A stretch of DNA of 64,000 bases. It comes from Takakia lepidozioides. Its lineage: Eukaryota > Plantae > Bryophyta. Position numbers and translations under genes: made by a program. This document shows, in pieces, positions 1 through 12,899 of the stretch. Within the stretch, counting starts at the first letter, position 1; each line of letters opens with the position of its first letter. Where the stretch lies: NCBI GenBank assembly GCA_030704615.1, contig CM060732.1, forward strand, positions 80,414,001-80,478,000, written 5' to 3'. Below the pieces are notes generated by a model that was given only the letters and a program-made list of their open reading frames with translations, had not been told where the DNA came from and made no database searches.

Positions 1-2315
1 GTCCTCTTTCAAAAGCAGTTGTCACATTGTAAGTGCATGATTCAAGCAACCGTGCCTGATTCAACCCTGCCATCCTGCATGACTGAATCTTTTAGTTACA
101 ACCCTTAACACTGAAGTCCAAGCTCATATCTCATAACTCTATGTACTCCACAAAGACATCTTCATAAGGACAGGGATCTTGCTACATATTCACGGGGTTA
201 TTCTGTTGCTTACAAATCCCACATTACATTATGGAGGTGAACGCTTGCAATAATACACCAACTCAGACAGCAAGCTGTAATACCAGTGCTGCCCTTTCTA
301 TGATGAACTACCAAGAGCATCGTTCGACAACTGTGTTCATCTTTACAGACAGAAAGACTACAGCATAGAACATTTGTGTAAAACTCCCCCTTCTGGTACA
401 CTCCTATGTGACCCCAAATACAACATGTTCCAATTCTCAAAGTAACTACGCCTTCATTGAACAATGCAAAATGTTTGGAGTATACATTGGATGGCTCAAC
501 TGTCTCCCATAATGAAAGTTGAAGTGAGATACTTAGCAGATCACCTAATGCATGTTTTCGTGAAAGAAGAGCATTTTTCTGCCAACTTCTGAGGACATGA
601 CAGACCTTCACCTTATAGCCTCGATTGTCACACCCTTGAGTTGGGTTGGGAACGTATTCGCTCCAAAGCTTCCCCTCCCCAATTCTTTGGCCTAATTTCC
701 CGTGACGGAAACTTCCTTGCTGAAGGTGACAACGGTTGGACGCTGCAGTTCATTGTCTTCGCCTCCTGGTGGCCTCTTAGCTCATCCCCTTGTCCACAAA
801 CCTCGTCCTCATCTACAGATCTCCCCCAATGCACCGCAATTGGTTTCAAATTGTTCCAAACATATCTCAACGCAATGCGATTTGGAAAAGAAGCTTTAAA
901 CCCAGGGAAAGGCTTCCAAGCAGGGTAGGCTCGGGAAGGCATGTGACTGCACACGGAGACGCCTGGACCACATATGCAGAAAGCCGGCACTTCCCACACG
1001 GATGCCACACACACCATATGAGCTTCCATGACTCCTTCCAGATCTTCTGCCAAACTTACTTTCCACAGCTCTTTCAGGGTGGGTGGTTATCAAATCAGCC
1101 CGGACACCGATCAACGACACACAGTTAAAAGAAGACTGCGACTTTGCATCTATGATAGCTCAAGCACAAGCACAAGAACAATCTGAAATCTCAGTGCGTC
1201 AGTTAGAAAGGCCATATGTATGAACCCACTGCAGTCCCTCCTGGATAGGTTAAGCACAAGAGCTGCACAGGAGTACTCTGAAATCATCGTGGTGCCAGAA
1301 CCGGCCAGACAACAACACACTTTTCCACACCACCAAATCCCATAAGTTTTTCAGAAACACGCAGATCACAGTCTCGTCAAACGAACCCGACCCTAGAAGT
1401 TAGAACTCGAGTGGCACAAATCTGACCTCTCATGGCAGGATTCTTTGACTATTTTTCGAATAGTTATTTGAGTATTATAGGAGACATTATAAACCTGGAA
1501 ACTCTGGGGAGCCTTCCGGCCATCAATGGCTGCCTGATCTTAGGCTTTACAATCTGGGTATTTCTGCATCCTCAGCATGGTTTTCCTAAGTGGAAGGTAC
1601 TAAAGGTGAGGAATTGGGGTTGCACATTTGAGTCGGCCTTATTTTACGTCCTACAATCTCGTTCTTTTAGCTCGTTCGTTGCCCTCCGTGGACCTTCTGA
1701 AGTTCTTTTCTTTCTCAGACAACAACATCAACATGGTCTTCCGAGATCCAACAGAAAAAGTGGGAGCTTTGTAAATCTCTAGAAATCAACTACGGGTGGT
1801 TGCACATGCGAGCGGGCCAGATTTCAGCATTTCCGATCCCTCTATCTCTCTCACAAACTGCAATGTCGACATGGTCGTCCTCAAATTCAACAGCAAAAAA
1901 GTAGACAGTATTTGTAAAGGTACTTAAAGTGTGGAATTCAACGGCTGTGCAGTCCTTTTGAATTATCATGGACAGCGAGACATGATGTTTCGAATCTTGT
2001 TGTAGAGAATTGATTGATGGATGAAACAAGTTTATTTTCCACCAGACAGAATGTATAAAAGGGCAGTAAACAATGCAATGTCTGAAGCTCTAGCTATGTA
2101 TACACTATACACCTTCCTCCCTGGTATGCTAGTGGTGGGAATTTGTTACCCTCTCCTCCCTACAGTCTTTCTACACACGTGTATTGCTCATTGCGTAATC
2201 TCGTGCATAGTATCCTATCTCGTCTTCTAGAGAAGACCGGCTGGATCATCATCGAAGGTCCTTCCAAGGTTACCCTTACATTGTCCCGGTCGAGTACAAA
2301 AAACGTTTTGGCTCA

Positions 2316-5300
2316 TTAGGCGTTCAGACGTTTGACTTCAATGGGGAGCCCATCTTTGATATGGGGCATTGGAAGATACACATGGGTACGGTCTCCGAAC
2401 GTTTCCCAGCTGCACCCATGTCCACCACCCTCACACCCAATCACACACAACATTCCTGCCAGAAAGGAGTAATTCTGGGGACAGCTAACTTTGTAATTCA
2501 AATTCTATCTAGTTCTCTGACCACCTGCTACAGCAAGCATACAGCAAGCCAAGTCTTGTGAGTGCGACATCCATTATAAGCAGGTGAATGTTTGGAGATT
2601 GGACGTTATACCTGAATTTGGTGATGAAGTGATGCAGGAAGACGGCAACTTCCAGCCTAGCAAGGTCAGCACCTGGGCAAATCCGTGGACCATTTCCAAA
2701 ACCCATGAATGGTATCTTCCCTGCATCTGGTGCCTGATAAGAGAAATCAAGCAGTGTTCAGTTGAGGATGGAGCCCATAGATTGCTTTTTTAGGTAGTCC
2801 AGACTCTTTATCAAAACTTATTGAAACTGCACTAGAAGAAAGCCCAACAGCACTGCTCGATCTGCATCACCATGAGTAGGGATGCTTGTAGAGCTTAGGT
2901 GCAATTTACTCAGAACACAACTCCAAGCCATAAAATTGGGTTGACAGAGCTTATAATCTTTTTAGGGAGAGAGAAAGGTCTTACAGTGTAGCGGTAGGGG
3001 TTAAACTTGAAAGGCTCACGGAATCCAGAGGGATCATAATGTACTGACATCATGGATGGAAAAATCTTCCAGCCCTTTGGAATTATGTAGCCTGCATAAA
3101 CACATGGAACCATCCATAAAAAGTGTCAGTTACATCAAAGCATGTATTTTGCAGACATGAACTGACAAGATGAACTAAGTCATCTCATTTTGATTCAGTC
3201 GGAGAACCTTCAACTTTCAAGGCTGTTTCTAGGTGTATGTTTTCTGCTTAACATGGCAGCAAGACTACATGAATGTGAGATTCACACTTGTACTAACAGC
3301 ATTCTTCATGTGTGGCAAAAGGGCCATGAGACGAAAGTTCAAGGAAACTCACCATTGATTTTGACATCCTCTGTAGCTTCTCGCATGAGAAGGTTCAAGG
3401 GGGTGCTCATTCTAATTGTTTCAGTGATCACCTGTATATGCCAACCCATCCATAACACACTCTTCAACTGTCTGCAAGTGGTTCTTATTTGGTATTATGA
3501 GACTACATTGCAGGCTTCAGCAAACAGGGATCGTTAGTCCCCAAGCTAGACGCAACCTTCCACTGAAAGATGAAACATCTAGAGAACAGGCATTGAGAAC
3601 CAGGCCTCAGTGGGGATGAAACTCAGAAATGCATACACAACTTTTGCCAGCAGTGCTCACCCCTGATTACTCTAATAGATTGTACTCATAAGACATTGTT
3701 TGCCGTAGCCTTGTGGCCATTGACCCCGCGCCCAGTTTGAGCGGGAACAAAAGGGACAGAACCTACCTCTGTCAGGGGCTGACGTTGGTAGTAAGACTTA
3801 CCTCCATATAAAGAATTAATCTGGGTTTTCCAGATATCCTCTAGAAATCCCTTCACACAAGCATCAATCTGCTGTGTGTGATTTGCCCAAAAACTAGGCC
3901 TCGGGAGGGCCTGGGCTTTTGGCTCAGCCTCGAGACTTTCAAAGTTGGTAAACAGGGGTACAGGCACAATTCCCTTAATAGATTTGAAGAGAGCGTCTCT
4001 TTGGTGAGAGAACCCCGGACAGTGTATCAGAAAATGAATACTGTCTTCAGATTGCCCACACAACGGGCAATTGCACTCTCCCTTTCCTCTCTGCTTCTGT
4101 TTGCTGTTCAAAGGTAGGCTTCCTGCCCTGAGTTTAAATTTCAGTCTAGTGCCGAGAGTGGGTAGACCCTTGAGGTCATCCAAGATGTCCTCCCCCATGT
4201 CACAGACTGGAAACAAGTTCAGGGAAGTTTTCTGCCTAACTTCATTTTCATCAGACAATCTCATGGCAACAGACATGGCTGAGGACACTACAGCCTCTAA
4301 GTCAGATTTATCCAGCAGGGTCAAGACTTGCGGATCCAGGTCCAGGTCCTTGAGGATCTCTTCTACTCTCTTCTGCCAGGACTTAGCCTGTTACTCTAAT
4401 AGAGACAAAGAACAAGGATGTACGTACATGCTGCGTGAATGTCATGCTCTTATACTCATCCCATGTCAACTTCTCATCTTTTCCTTTGTTCTTGCGAATG
4501 GCGTCATGTTCTTCCTGTCAATCACGCTTGTGTCAGTGCCCACAAAAGTAACTTCAACAGTTTATCACGTCTCACCAGTCTAATGTGTCCAGGCTTTCTC
4601 CTCTACTTTCGAGGTTCTCTTCCTTCCCTCTCCCTACCAATCTTTCCACTTGCCCCAACACCTCTCTTTCTGCAAACACCTTCTCTCTCAACATCATGTG
4701 ACCACGAATCTCAGAGCTGATCTTATCCTCTGGCTATGTGTTGCTCTGATCTTCTCAGTGCTCACCTTGACTTCACGCCTAAAATTGGGATGCTCTGACA
4801 AGAACTTGATAATAAATGTGAGAGTGGTTGTTGCAGACTCATGTCCTGCAAAGAGCATGCTGTGACAATAGTCCTCTGCCATTTCCTTCAAATCTGCATC
4901 AGTCAAACTGGGATTCTCCTGTTTCTTCACTTCCTGATACTCCTTGTACTGATTGACATCGTTTTCAGTGCAGTAGGGGAGGATGTCTTTCTGGATGATT
5001 TCAAATACATTTTTTCGTGACTGCACATACAATGTTTCAAGCACATCCGTCAGCAGATTCCCATGAGGATGTCCCAATACACATCCATCTTGTGTAGATT
5101 GAGACCCCACCTTGTGACTTGCAAGGAGACACATTAGTCGATCAGGCCTTGGCTACCTCTTTTAAAAACTGTCGGGTCATTGGCATACAGAAAACTCTTT
5201 TTCCTTGAATTGCATTTACATGTGCAAACACACTGTCACGTTCTTACCTCTTCTGCTTTGCTGAATTTGGATCCATATAGTTTGATGGGTGCTGTATACA

Positions 5301-6714
5301 AGCCATCTGTGTAGGTGTACATCTCATGCTTCAATGCTTCAAGAACCTTTCCTGGTTTGAGATTGCTGAAGAGAGAATTGGCCACAATCTCAAATGTGAA
5401 CTGCAATACAATCCATGTCAACGTAATCAAACACTCAGATATAGACCCCAACAGAGAACATATGTGCCGTCTCTCTACTCCTCAACTTCAAGCAATATAA
5501 GCTGAGCCCACCTTTTCCCCCACCCTTCCCCCATCTCTCTCTGCGATTGGCCACGCAATGCGCTCTACCATACTTTGTATTTTTTGAACCTTGTCTTCAC
5601 ACGGAAAGATCGTGGAAGCCGGTTACTTACACTTCTAGCTTCATCACCCACGATCACTCGTCGGCCCTCCCAGGTGCTCAAGGTGTTGAGAGCAAACTCC
5701 TCAACTGCGTTGATGCGGTCCTTCAAAGCAAGAAAGCCAACTTTGGAGAGAGCAAATCGTCGCCACTGCTTCCACGCCTCGCCATGGAGGCTGGGAGCAC
5801 TGGTCCTGCCTGTGAGTTCTTCAGGATAGCTGGTTTTGAAAGTCTTGCCTTCTGCCTGTAAGACTAACTTGGCATCCTCAGGACCCGACGCAATGATGGT
5901 TGGCTCACCAAACAAATGCGTTGTGAATACACTTCCGAACCTGCAGGGGACACATGAACTTGTTACTTAACATTGCCATCAAGTTCTTCTTTTTCCTCTC
6001 TTTTTCTTCTAAGGGGCATTCTAAACAGCGGTTGACGTTATCTATGCGAGAACTTAATCTCCTTAAGACATCATTCACAGCTATTTACTCGGCGGCAGCA
6101 ATTTAACCAGAGCAGGCACCACATGAACTAAGTAGGTCGCGCACACACGGGCCCGCTGGCAGTCTATGACGGAATGCCTTGCGGATTGCAAAACGTCGCC
6201 CGTGTAGAACGCATTCATACAGATATGGAGATCCTCCCTGTCAGTCGCACATAAGCACAACCTCGTGTTCTTGCAGCCCAGACGATCAAGAATTCTGCGC
6301 AACCGGGGCCCAGTAATTCTCAGCAGGACCTGCCTGAACCCGCAGACTGATAATGCAGCCCAATTGGCTACCAGCCCCTCCCAATTGAGAATAGATCGGT
6401 TCTGAGGAGAATCACTCGACCCACGAAACTCAAAGAAGACTGCTAGTGCGACCATCACAGAGAGAAGTGAAGATTGTGGATTCTACGACCAACACTCGCC
6501 TTTTCTTACGTGACTCGATAAATTGGCCCTCATTGTACTTCTGAGTGAACATGAACTCCAACATCTCCCCCATGATGGGCAGCCCATATTTGCCAGGCGG
6601 CAAAGTCTTGAAGTAGGGCCCCGCCACACGCTTATAGGATGTGGCCGACCTCCATAGCCAAATCAGGAGCCCTGCAGCGCCAACCAACACTGCAGAAAGC
6701 AGTTTCATCTCCAT
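2316..6714 (-). CDS. Cytochrome P450, CYP85 clan, 9 exons, about 473 aa, apparently intact
   Basis: Exons 6714-6500, 5940-5631, 5400-5248, 5020-4766, 4514-4428, 3431-3353, 3091-2985, 2733-2612 and 2409-2316 splice in frame (1422 nt). Motifs seen: N-terminal membrane anchor, LPPGKYGLP hinge, I-helix AGHESA, ExxR (ETIR), FNPYRY and heme motif FGNGPRICPG. The exon layout is typical of the CYP85 clan. Intron 1 needs a GC donor. Confidence 0.93.
3680..4390 (-). mobile_element. 5'-truncated non-LTR retrotransposon (RTE/RTEX-like) in P450 intron 5
   Basis: ORF 4324-3686 carries a CPLCGQ..ED..HFLIHCP zinc-finger-like tail and is nearly identical to the C-terminal part of the RT-bearing LINE at 30342-31070. 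A 13-bp direct repeat TTACTCTAATAGA (3667-3679, 4391-4403) flanks it as a TSD. Confidence 0.88.
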
Positions 6715-7064
6715 CGGAGCTGCAAGTTATCTAAATCGTCTCTCTCTTCCTCTCTATCTCAACTCCTAGGCCTCTCCCCTGGCGGTATGCCTTGCCCAAC
6801 AATCTATACTTCGAGCTGAATGCAAATGAGAGATAAGCTCAAGCAGCACTCGCTTCTCACTGACTCCGGGGTGGATTCGTGAGATGCAGGCTGCTTTAGT
6901 AGTAGCTGCAAAACAACCCCACATCATATAGCATCATAACCGCAACATTTACAATCGTAGTCAACCGGGCACATGTCCTACCTTCCAAGTCAATGAACCC
7001 TGGTCAAATTGTCACTTTGTGAAACCGCCACAAAGCAATGTCACATGTTTTGCGATCCGTCACT

Positions 7065-7163
7065 AACAGTTTGATCTGTGTCTTGCACTGAGATCAGTCA
7101 AACCCCACCGCATTAAACAGTATGATCTCTGCTTTACGACTGAGATCTGTCAAAACACGCATT
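7065..7163. repeat. Two diverged ~51-bp tandem copies upstream of the P450
   Basis: AACAGTTTGATCTGTG..ACTGAGATCAGTCAAA..CGCATT versus AACAGTATGATCTCTG..ACTGAGATCTGTCAAA..CGCATT. Confidence 0.6.
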
Positions 7164-7721
7164 TGTTTTGCGCTGTCCTTCCCGATGTTGCCGATGATGC
7201 TTCTACAGTGTTGACTAAGGAGACCCAAACCCGGAAATGATTTGTTATTCCACACTGTGAGGAGATCCGGGCCCGGTCAGATCGTCAAAGCAGCCGGCAG
7301 CGACCGGGTCACATGTGCGGATGGACATCCACGTTGAAAATAAGTGCAATACTTAAAACTCCTTCAAGAATGAACTGCGTTGCCATTTGTTTTTCAGAGA
7401 AGGAGCACGTTTTCCATTCGCTGAATGAATGTACATTCGGCAGTTGGTTCTAGATGCTTCCAACTCCTTTAAGAAAAAACATTAACAAGCGGCTAGTCGC
7501 GTAATGGCTCCACCCTAAGACTCTAAGTAGAAAATTTCCTTGAAATGTTACATTGAAATAAGATAATCACATATTCAAAGTATATTTTAAACATGTTCTG
7601 TATAAGAGGAAAATATTTTTATTTATAAAATAGAAAGGCCCTGACAGAACTTTATTGATGTATGAATTATATATTAATGTACGATATTACACTGATCTTC
7701 AGACTTACAAATTATTAAAAT

Positions 7722-7850
7722 ATTGAAATGCTTGTTGAAATACTAACTGGAATACTGAAATACTTGCTTGAAATACTTGCTAAGAAACTTGCTGAAATAC
7801 TGAAATACTTGCTGAGAATCTTTTTTGAAATACTGAAATACTGAAATTTT
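7722..7850. repeat. Degenerate TGAAATAC(TTGC) minisatellite
   Basis: Repeated TGAAATAC / TGAAATACTTGC units read directly. Confidence 0.7.
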
Positions 7851-8049
7851 ATTGTACTAAAATATTGTAGCCATTTGAATCTGCTGAAATGCCTCCTTGG
7901 TTTGAAGTCTATTCCCTATATCTGACCAATTACATAGTTTCCTCACATCCCTAGAGGTGCCAGAACATTTCTTGTGGACTCCCTCTCTTGGTCCTCTGTC
8001 AAATGGATTCATCACAGTGGACGTTCCTTATTCAAACAACTGTGTGACC

Positions 8050-8730
8050 CCTTCCTCCAGTTGAGGATCTACTCTTGGAGGTTTCTTGTAACTACCCATC
8101 CACAGTGACTCGGTGGTTCTCTCGTGCTTGAAATCTGGTCCTTCAAAATGGATCTGTATCCAAGCTCTTTCAGCTGTCTATGCCTCCACAACACAAATGC
8201 CTAGAATCTGCCCCTCGTTGCAAGTAGCTAACGACGATTACTCATTATCCACACAGCTAATACCATCACCACCTACCAAAAAATAGCTCACATGCTGAAT
8301 TGCTAGTAACACTAGAAAAATGCGGGTGATGGAGAGGGAGATGACAATTTGAGACAAATTTTTCAATGCCTGTTGTTTGCTTCCGCTGTAATAGAACAGA
8401 GGCATTCACCTTTTTGCCTTGATTGTCCCACCATTGACTGGGGTCTGACAAATATTCCTTTCAAAGATTCCCCTCGTCCCTAATTGTGCTATTCAAAAAT
8501 TTGCCTACAACTACAGAAGTTGTAACATGTCAAAACATTGGTACTGTTGTGCTTGAAATCTGGTCCTCTAGGATGGATCTGCACCCACACTCCATCCCTG
8601 CCTTCTTTAGTTATTTTGTCTATAATGAAAATGCCTAGATTCCCCTCAGTGCAAGTAGCTAACAATAATAAAACCTATACACGGGACACCCCTCCTTAAC
8701 TTACCAAATACAGTTCCCATACTGAATTGG
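8050..8730 (-). pseudogene. Remnant of an OSB/PTAC9-type organellar ssDNA-binding protein gene (PDF motifs)
   Basis: An exon ending at 8410 (NL*KEYLSDPSQWWDNQGKK|GT) joins across a phase-0 intron to an exon starting at 8153 (IHFEGPDFKHERTTESLWMG) to give a full PDF motif. A second AG|IHPRGPDFKH exon starts at 8578. A TGA replaces the expected Trp and there are deletions. Confidence 0.7.
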
Positions 8731-10429
8731 TGCCAAGATAAACAAAGGTGTGTGAGAGGGAGAGAGAGAGAAGGTCATTGCCAGCAATGGCTCTAGTGTA
8801 TTCTTCCAGCACTAATCCCCACTGAATACTAAATCTGTTGTGGGGTTTTAACGACCGTGGCATGGAAAAATAGCCCAAAACATTCACATACCCATGCACA
8901 GTCAACTAAACAATCGGATAATATTATTGGCATCATGCTAGAAAGCACGGCGTTCATATGAGCACTGCTACATCAGACGGCCTCCACCTTAGATAATTGT
9001 TTTGGCTGTGGTTGCCATGTCATTTTCCTTCACTAATAAGCTTTGCCCCAGGTGAGCAATACAGATTTGCCACATGCCACCTAAAAGGCCTAGTCCCAGC
9101 ATGATTATCTTCCTTTCAGACTAACTAGGGTCTTGAACTATTTTCCAAGTTTCTATACATGTTAAGTTTTCATACAATCTTATTCTGTGGAACTGGAAGG
9201 TGGGATCAGAAGGGAAGTGAATGGCTTCACAAAAAGCTTTCATGCTGATGAGATACGAGACAGCCTGGAAGTTCCATACCAAGGCCACCTTCAACGGAAA
9301 TGAGTTTTGATCACTACATCGGCATTTCCCTCCAGAATTATTATAAATAAATTTTAGACTCAGATTTTTTTATAGTATTAATGTGATAGTGCTGTAATAA
9401 ATGTTTGAGGTGCATGCTCTGTGGGTCTGCCAAAGGGAAGAGCATTCCGGCTCTAGTACTTAGGGATGAGAGGAAGAGGTTTAAGTACATGTTGCACAAG
9501 AGCATAGGCCACGTGCCAAAAGAAAATTTAGGGGGGGCATGGAAGGACGTCCTTGGTTGTATTATATGCGTCCACGAGATGATTATCTTGAATTTGGTAT
9601 CGTGAAGTGTCGGGAATGCGAGGAGGCTAGCATGGGTGGCAGATGAGGAAGGGGAATAGGTTGCTCCAAGATACAAAGACATGCTATTGTTACTCATGAA
9701 AAGAATGAATATCATAAAATAACCCATTTGCTTTGGCAAGCTCGTCGTGATGGTCAACATGACAAGTTGAGTTTATGATTGAAAAGGAACAAAGTCAGGA
9801 TTTTAACAGTGATGAAGATAGCCTTTTTTCTAGTTTGGAATGATCGCCTTTGTTCAGAGCTATGTTGAGCAGTGTCAACTGCAAAGGCTTTTGGGTACCC
9901 CAAATATGCTAGTAAATGACGAATATTCTGCATATACGACGGTTGATGCGGCTTTGGGATTTTTGCATGAACTTTGGAGCAACATTTGATTGTTTAGAGA
10001 GAGAGAGAGAAGACGAGTCCGACCAAATTAGCCGGCGTAACTAAGAGCCACTTCGCCTCGCGGCTACTGTCCCCTTGCGGGGGTGGGCCCTATAAAGAAG
10101 CAGGCTAGGCCTGCAGGTGTCAAGGGGTATCGGGGATCAGGGAGAGGGGTACTGAAGGGAGCTGGTTGGATTCTAGTTGTCGTTTATTGGTGATAATAGC
10201 TTTGAGGGAGCGGAGTGCAGTGAGGTGGATTGCCTTGAAGCATTTATGGATATGAGAGATGAGGATATGATGATACGGAGAGAGAGAAGTTTACAGAGGA
10301 TTGGCTCGATAGATTGCTCATCAAATTATGCTTTGACAAAATATGACAAAGCAGGTGAACTTCTAGAGTTTGTGGGGACATTTATGGAGAGAATGTGAGC
10401 GGAAGTCTACATAAGATGTTTGGGCATAG

Positions 10430-10702
10430 TGTTTCGTTTCAGATGAGTTTTTTGCTGCTTGGCCTATTTTGATTAGCCTTTGGCAAAGCGTATTGATTAT
10501 TCTTGCCAGCACAGCTATTTGCGAGCGTGGGTTCTCAAAGCAAAATTGGGTGAAAAGCGACCGTAGAAATAGATTGAAGTTGAGGACTTTGGATGCATTG
10601 ATGCGAGTTTCTTTATGTTGGCTCGAAGTGGAGGCCATAGATTGGACTGTTTTGAGATTTGGAGTGGCATGCAGAATCGTGAAGCTGTTCTATTGGAAAT
10701 AG
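10430..10702 (+). mobile_element. hAT transposase C-terminal dimerisation-domain fragment
   Basis: STAICERGFSKQNWVKSDRRNRLKLRTLDALMRVSL matches the hAT C-terminal signature (SxxxERxFS..K...RnrL). No TIR or TSD resolved. Confidence 0.75.
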
Positions 10703-11442
10703 ATTCAGATTGAATCTCTCTCATAATTTTTATCATATGTGGACTTGTGGAATGTGAAAAGACTTTCATTTCATGTGTATATGTACAAAAAAATATTGTT
10801 GTTTTTTTAAAGATTATTTTTATGTTACATGCATGCTCGCCGAATGGCCGCCAAAAACAAAATGAAGGGGAGTCAAAATTACAGCCCTTCAAAATGAAGG
10901 GCAAATTTTCTGGGAAACTTGCAAATGAAAGTCTAAGGTACCCTTCAAAACCAAAGCCTGCTTGCCTCCAAACATCTTTGAGGATGAAAGAACTATTTTA
11001 GGGTAACCCCTCGCCTCGCCTCCGCGAGTGCAGATCCTGATTCTAACTTCAAAATGAGCACAGCCGGTACCATAGGAGACACCTGCAAATATGGAGGAGC
11101 CTGAATATATGAGTCAAGTTAGTCAATGACAGTCAATTGATCCATACATTATAAAGTTTCTTATTCCAGTAACCAAATAAACGTTTGTTGGCTCCTCCCT
11201 ATAAGGGAGAGACCACGCATTGGTGCCAAAAATGAGTAAGATCCTGATATACCTCCACTAGATAGTACCTACATGAAGCACATAATCCTCCCCCACTTAA
11301 ATGTTAGCTTGAATGTACCTTGATTGGATAAGACCCATAAATGAATCTTACATATGTAAATATTCATATGCTTACATAGGCTTATTTATTTATTTATACA
11401 CATTAAAATAGAAAGCAGAAACTTAGAGATCAAAAAATACTT

Positions 11443-12600
11443 ACAGTACCACTGCCAAGTTTGGGTCAACTCTGCCATCGACATTGGGAAGGTGACATGG
11501 CGCACAATTACGCACATGGTCTTTCCAAGTCATGCCATCCCGACCTCCAAGATCAGGACTCCTGAGGGCAACACCTCTCGAACCCTCAGAATAACACGCC
11601 CTGCAGTGACATCCAGGGTCGTAGGAGCAGTCTGCTGCAAATAAACATAGTCACCAGGGCTAAACCTCCGAACCCCAGGGCGATATCCTCCACTACGTAT
11701 AGTGGTATACCTCAACGTATCACGGTGTTGTGCAATGGCAAGGTTCTCAAAAGCCATGGGCATGACTTTCTTGAACAACTCTGCACGCTGACCACATGCA
11801 CGTACCTACACGTCCGGATCGTCAAGGTTAAGGACTTGAGCAATGTCCCTACGAATGGCTGCAGGCAAATCCGGCTCTCGGCCAAAGAGAAGGAAATACG
11901 GTGAGAAGGAGGCAAGTGATGTTTGCTTGCTGAACCTGTAGCCCATGGCTAACCAAGGCACCTGAAGATCCCAATCTCGTAGGTGTCCCTTCTGCAAGCC
12001 ATACTTGCGCAAACCCCTCTTCACTGTCTGAACAACTCTCTCTGCCAAGCCATCGGCCTCAAGATGATCCCGAGAAATGGTGCGGTGGTCTATCAAGGCT
12101 TTATCACACAAAGCCTGAAACTCCCCCAAGAACTCTCTCCCTTGGTCCGTGAGTACCTCAGCTGGAGCACCGAATCGGCTAAGCACACGATCCAAGAATG
12201 CATACACAGCCCCCTCACTAGCCTTGTCAGGCAATGGAATCAACTCAATCCACTTGGAGAAGCGCTCCACCATCACCAACACATATCTGTGGTGACGCAT
12301 AGTCAGTGGCAACGGTCCTGCGAAGTCGAGACTCCACCTGTAGCCCAATCCCATGATTGGTAAATGATGCAACTGTGGTGTAGGGGCATTGAATGAAGCA
12401 CGCACCCTGTCACACACCATGCACCTAGCCACGAACTGTTGCACCTCTGTATGCATACCACGCCACCAATATTGCCCCTGCAGTAAACTGTGAGTGCGTC
12501 GCACTCCAAAATGCCCCAACTCCTCATGGGCATGCCGCACTAACCGTGCACGCTGTGTTGGGTGAGGCACGATCCTCACCTAACCATCCTCCCACACTCG
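11443..12600 (-). pseudogene. Integrase of the Ty3 element
   Basis: HEELGHFG..CMVC (HHCC), WSLDFAGP, LTDQGREF and GLAERVVQTVK core. C-terminus reads KDHVRNCAPCHLPNVDGRVDPNLAVVL* across frameshifts. Confidence 0.9.
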
Positions 12601-12899
12601 AAGCAGGTGTATCCCTTCCCACTTGAATCTCTTGGCTCGTTGTAGGATCCGACCCCTCTCCTTGGCAGTCACAGTGGCTGCCGTGTCTCCCGTGCGGAGG
12701 TAATCCAACACAGCCGAATCCTCATGTATATCTCTGGCACCACCTGGCTCATCACTAGCCTCAGGGTCCTCAGACACTCCATCTATAGTCATCCCTATTG
12801 TAGGTCCAACCTGACCTCTCGATGCCAAGATACACAAAAATGCAGATGCGTGTCATCCTGACACCATCTCCTCGTCCGTCTCACCATGCCACCGAGCTC

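Noticed and set aside
210-1782. Several 100-140 aa ORFs and a possible 5' end of a minus-strand gene
   Set aside because: No recognisable motif and no consistent splice model; cannot be supported from this window.
9341-9760. 139-aa minus-strand ORF and a candidate hAT left end near 9796
   Set aside because: No motif recognised and no 8-bp TSD matching the candidate right end at 11039.
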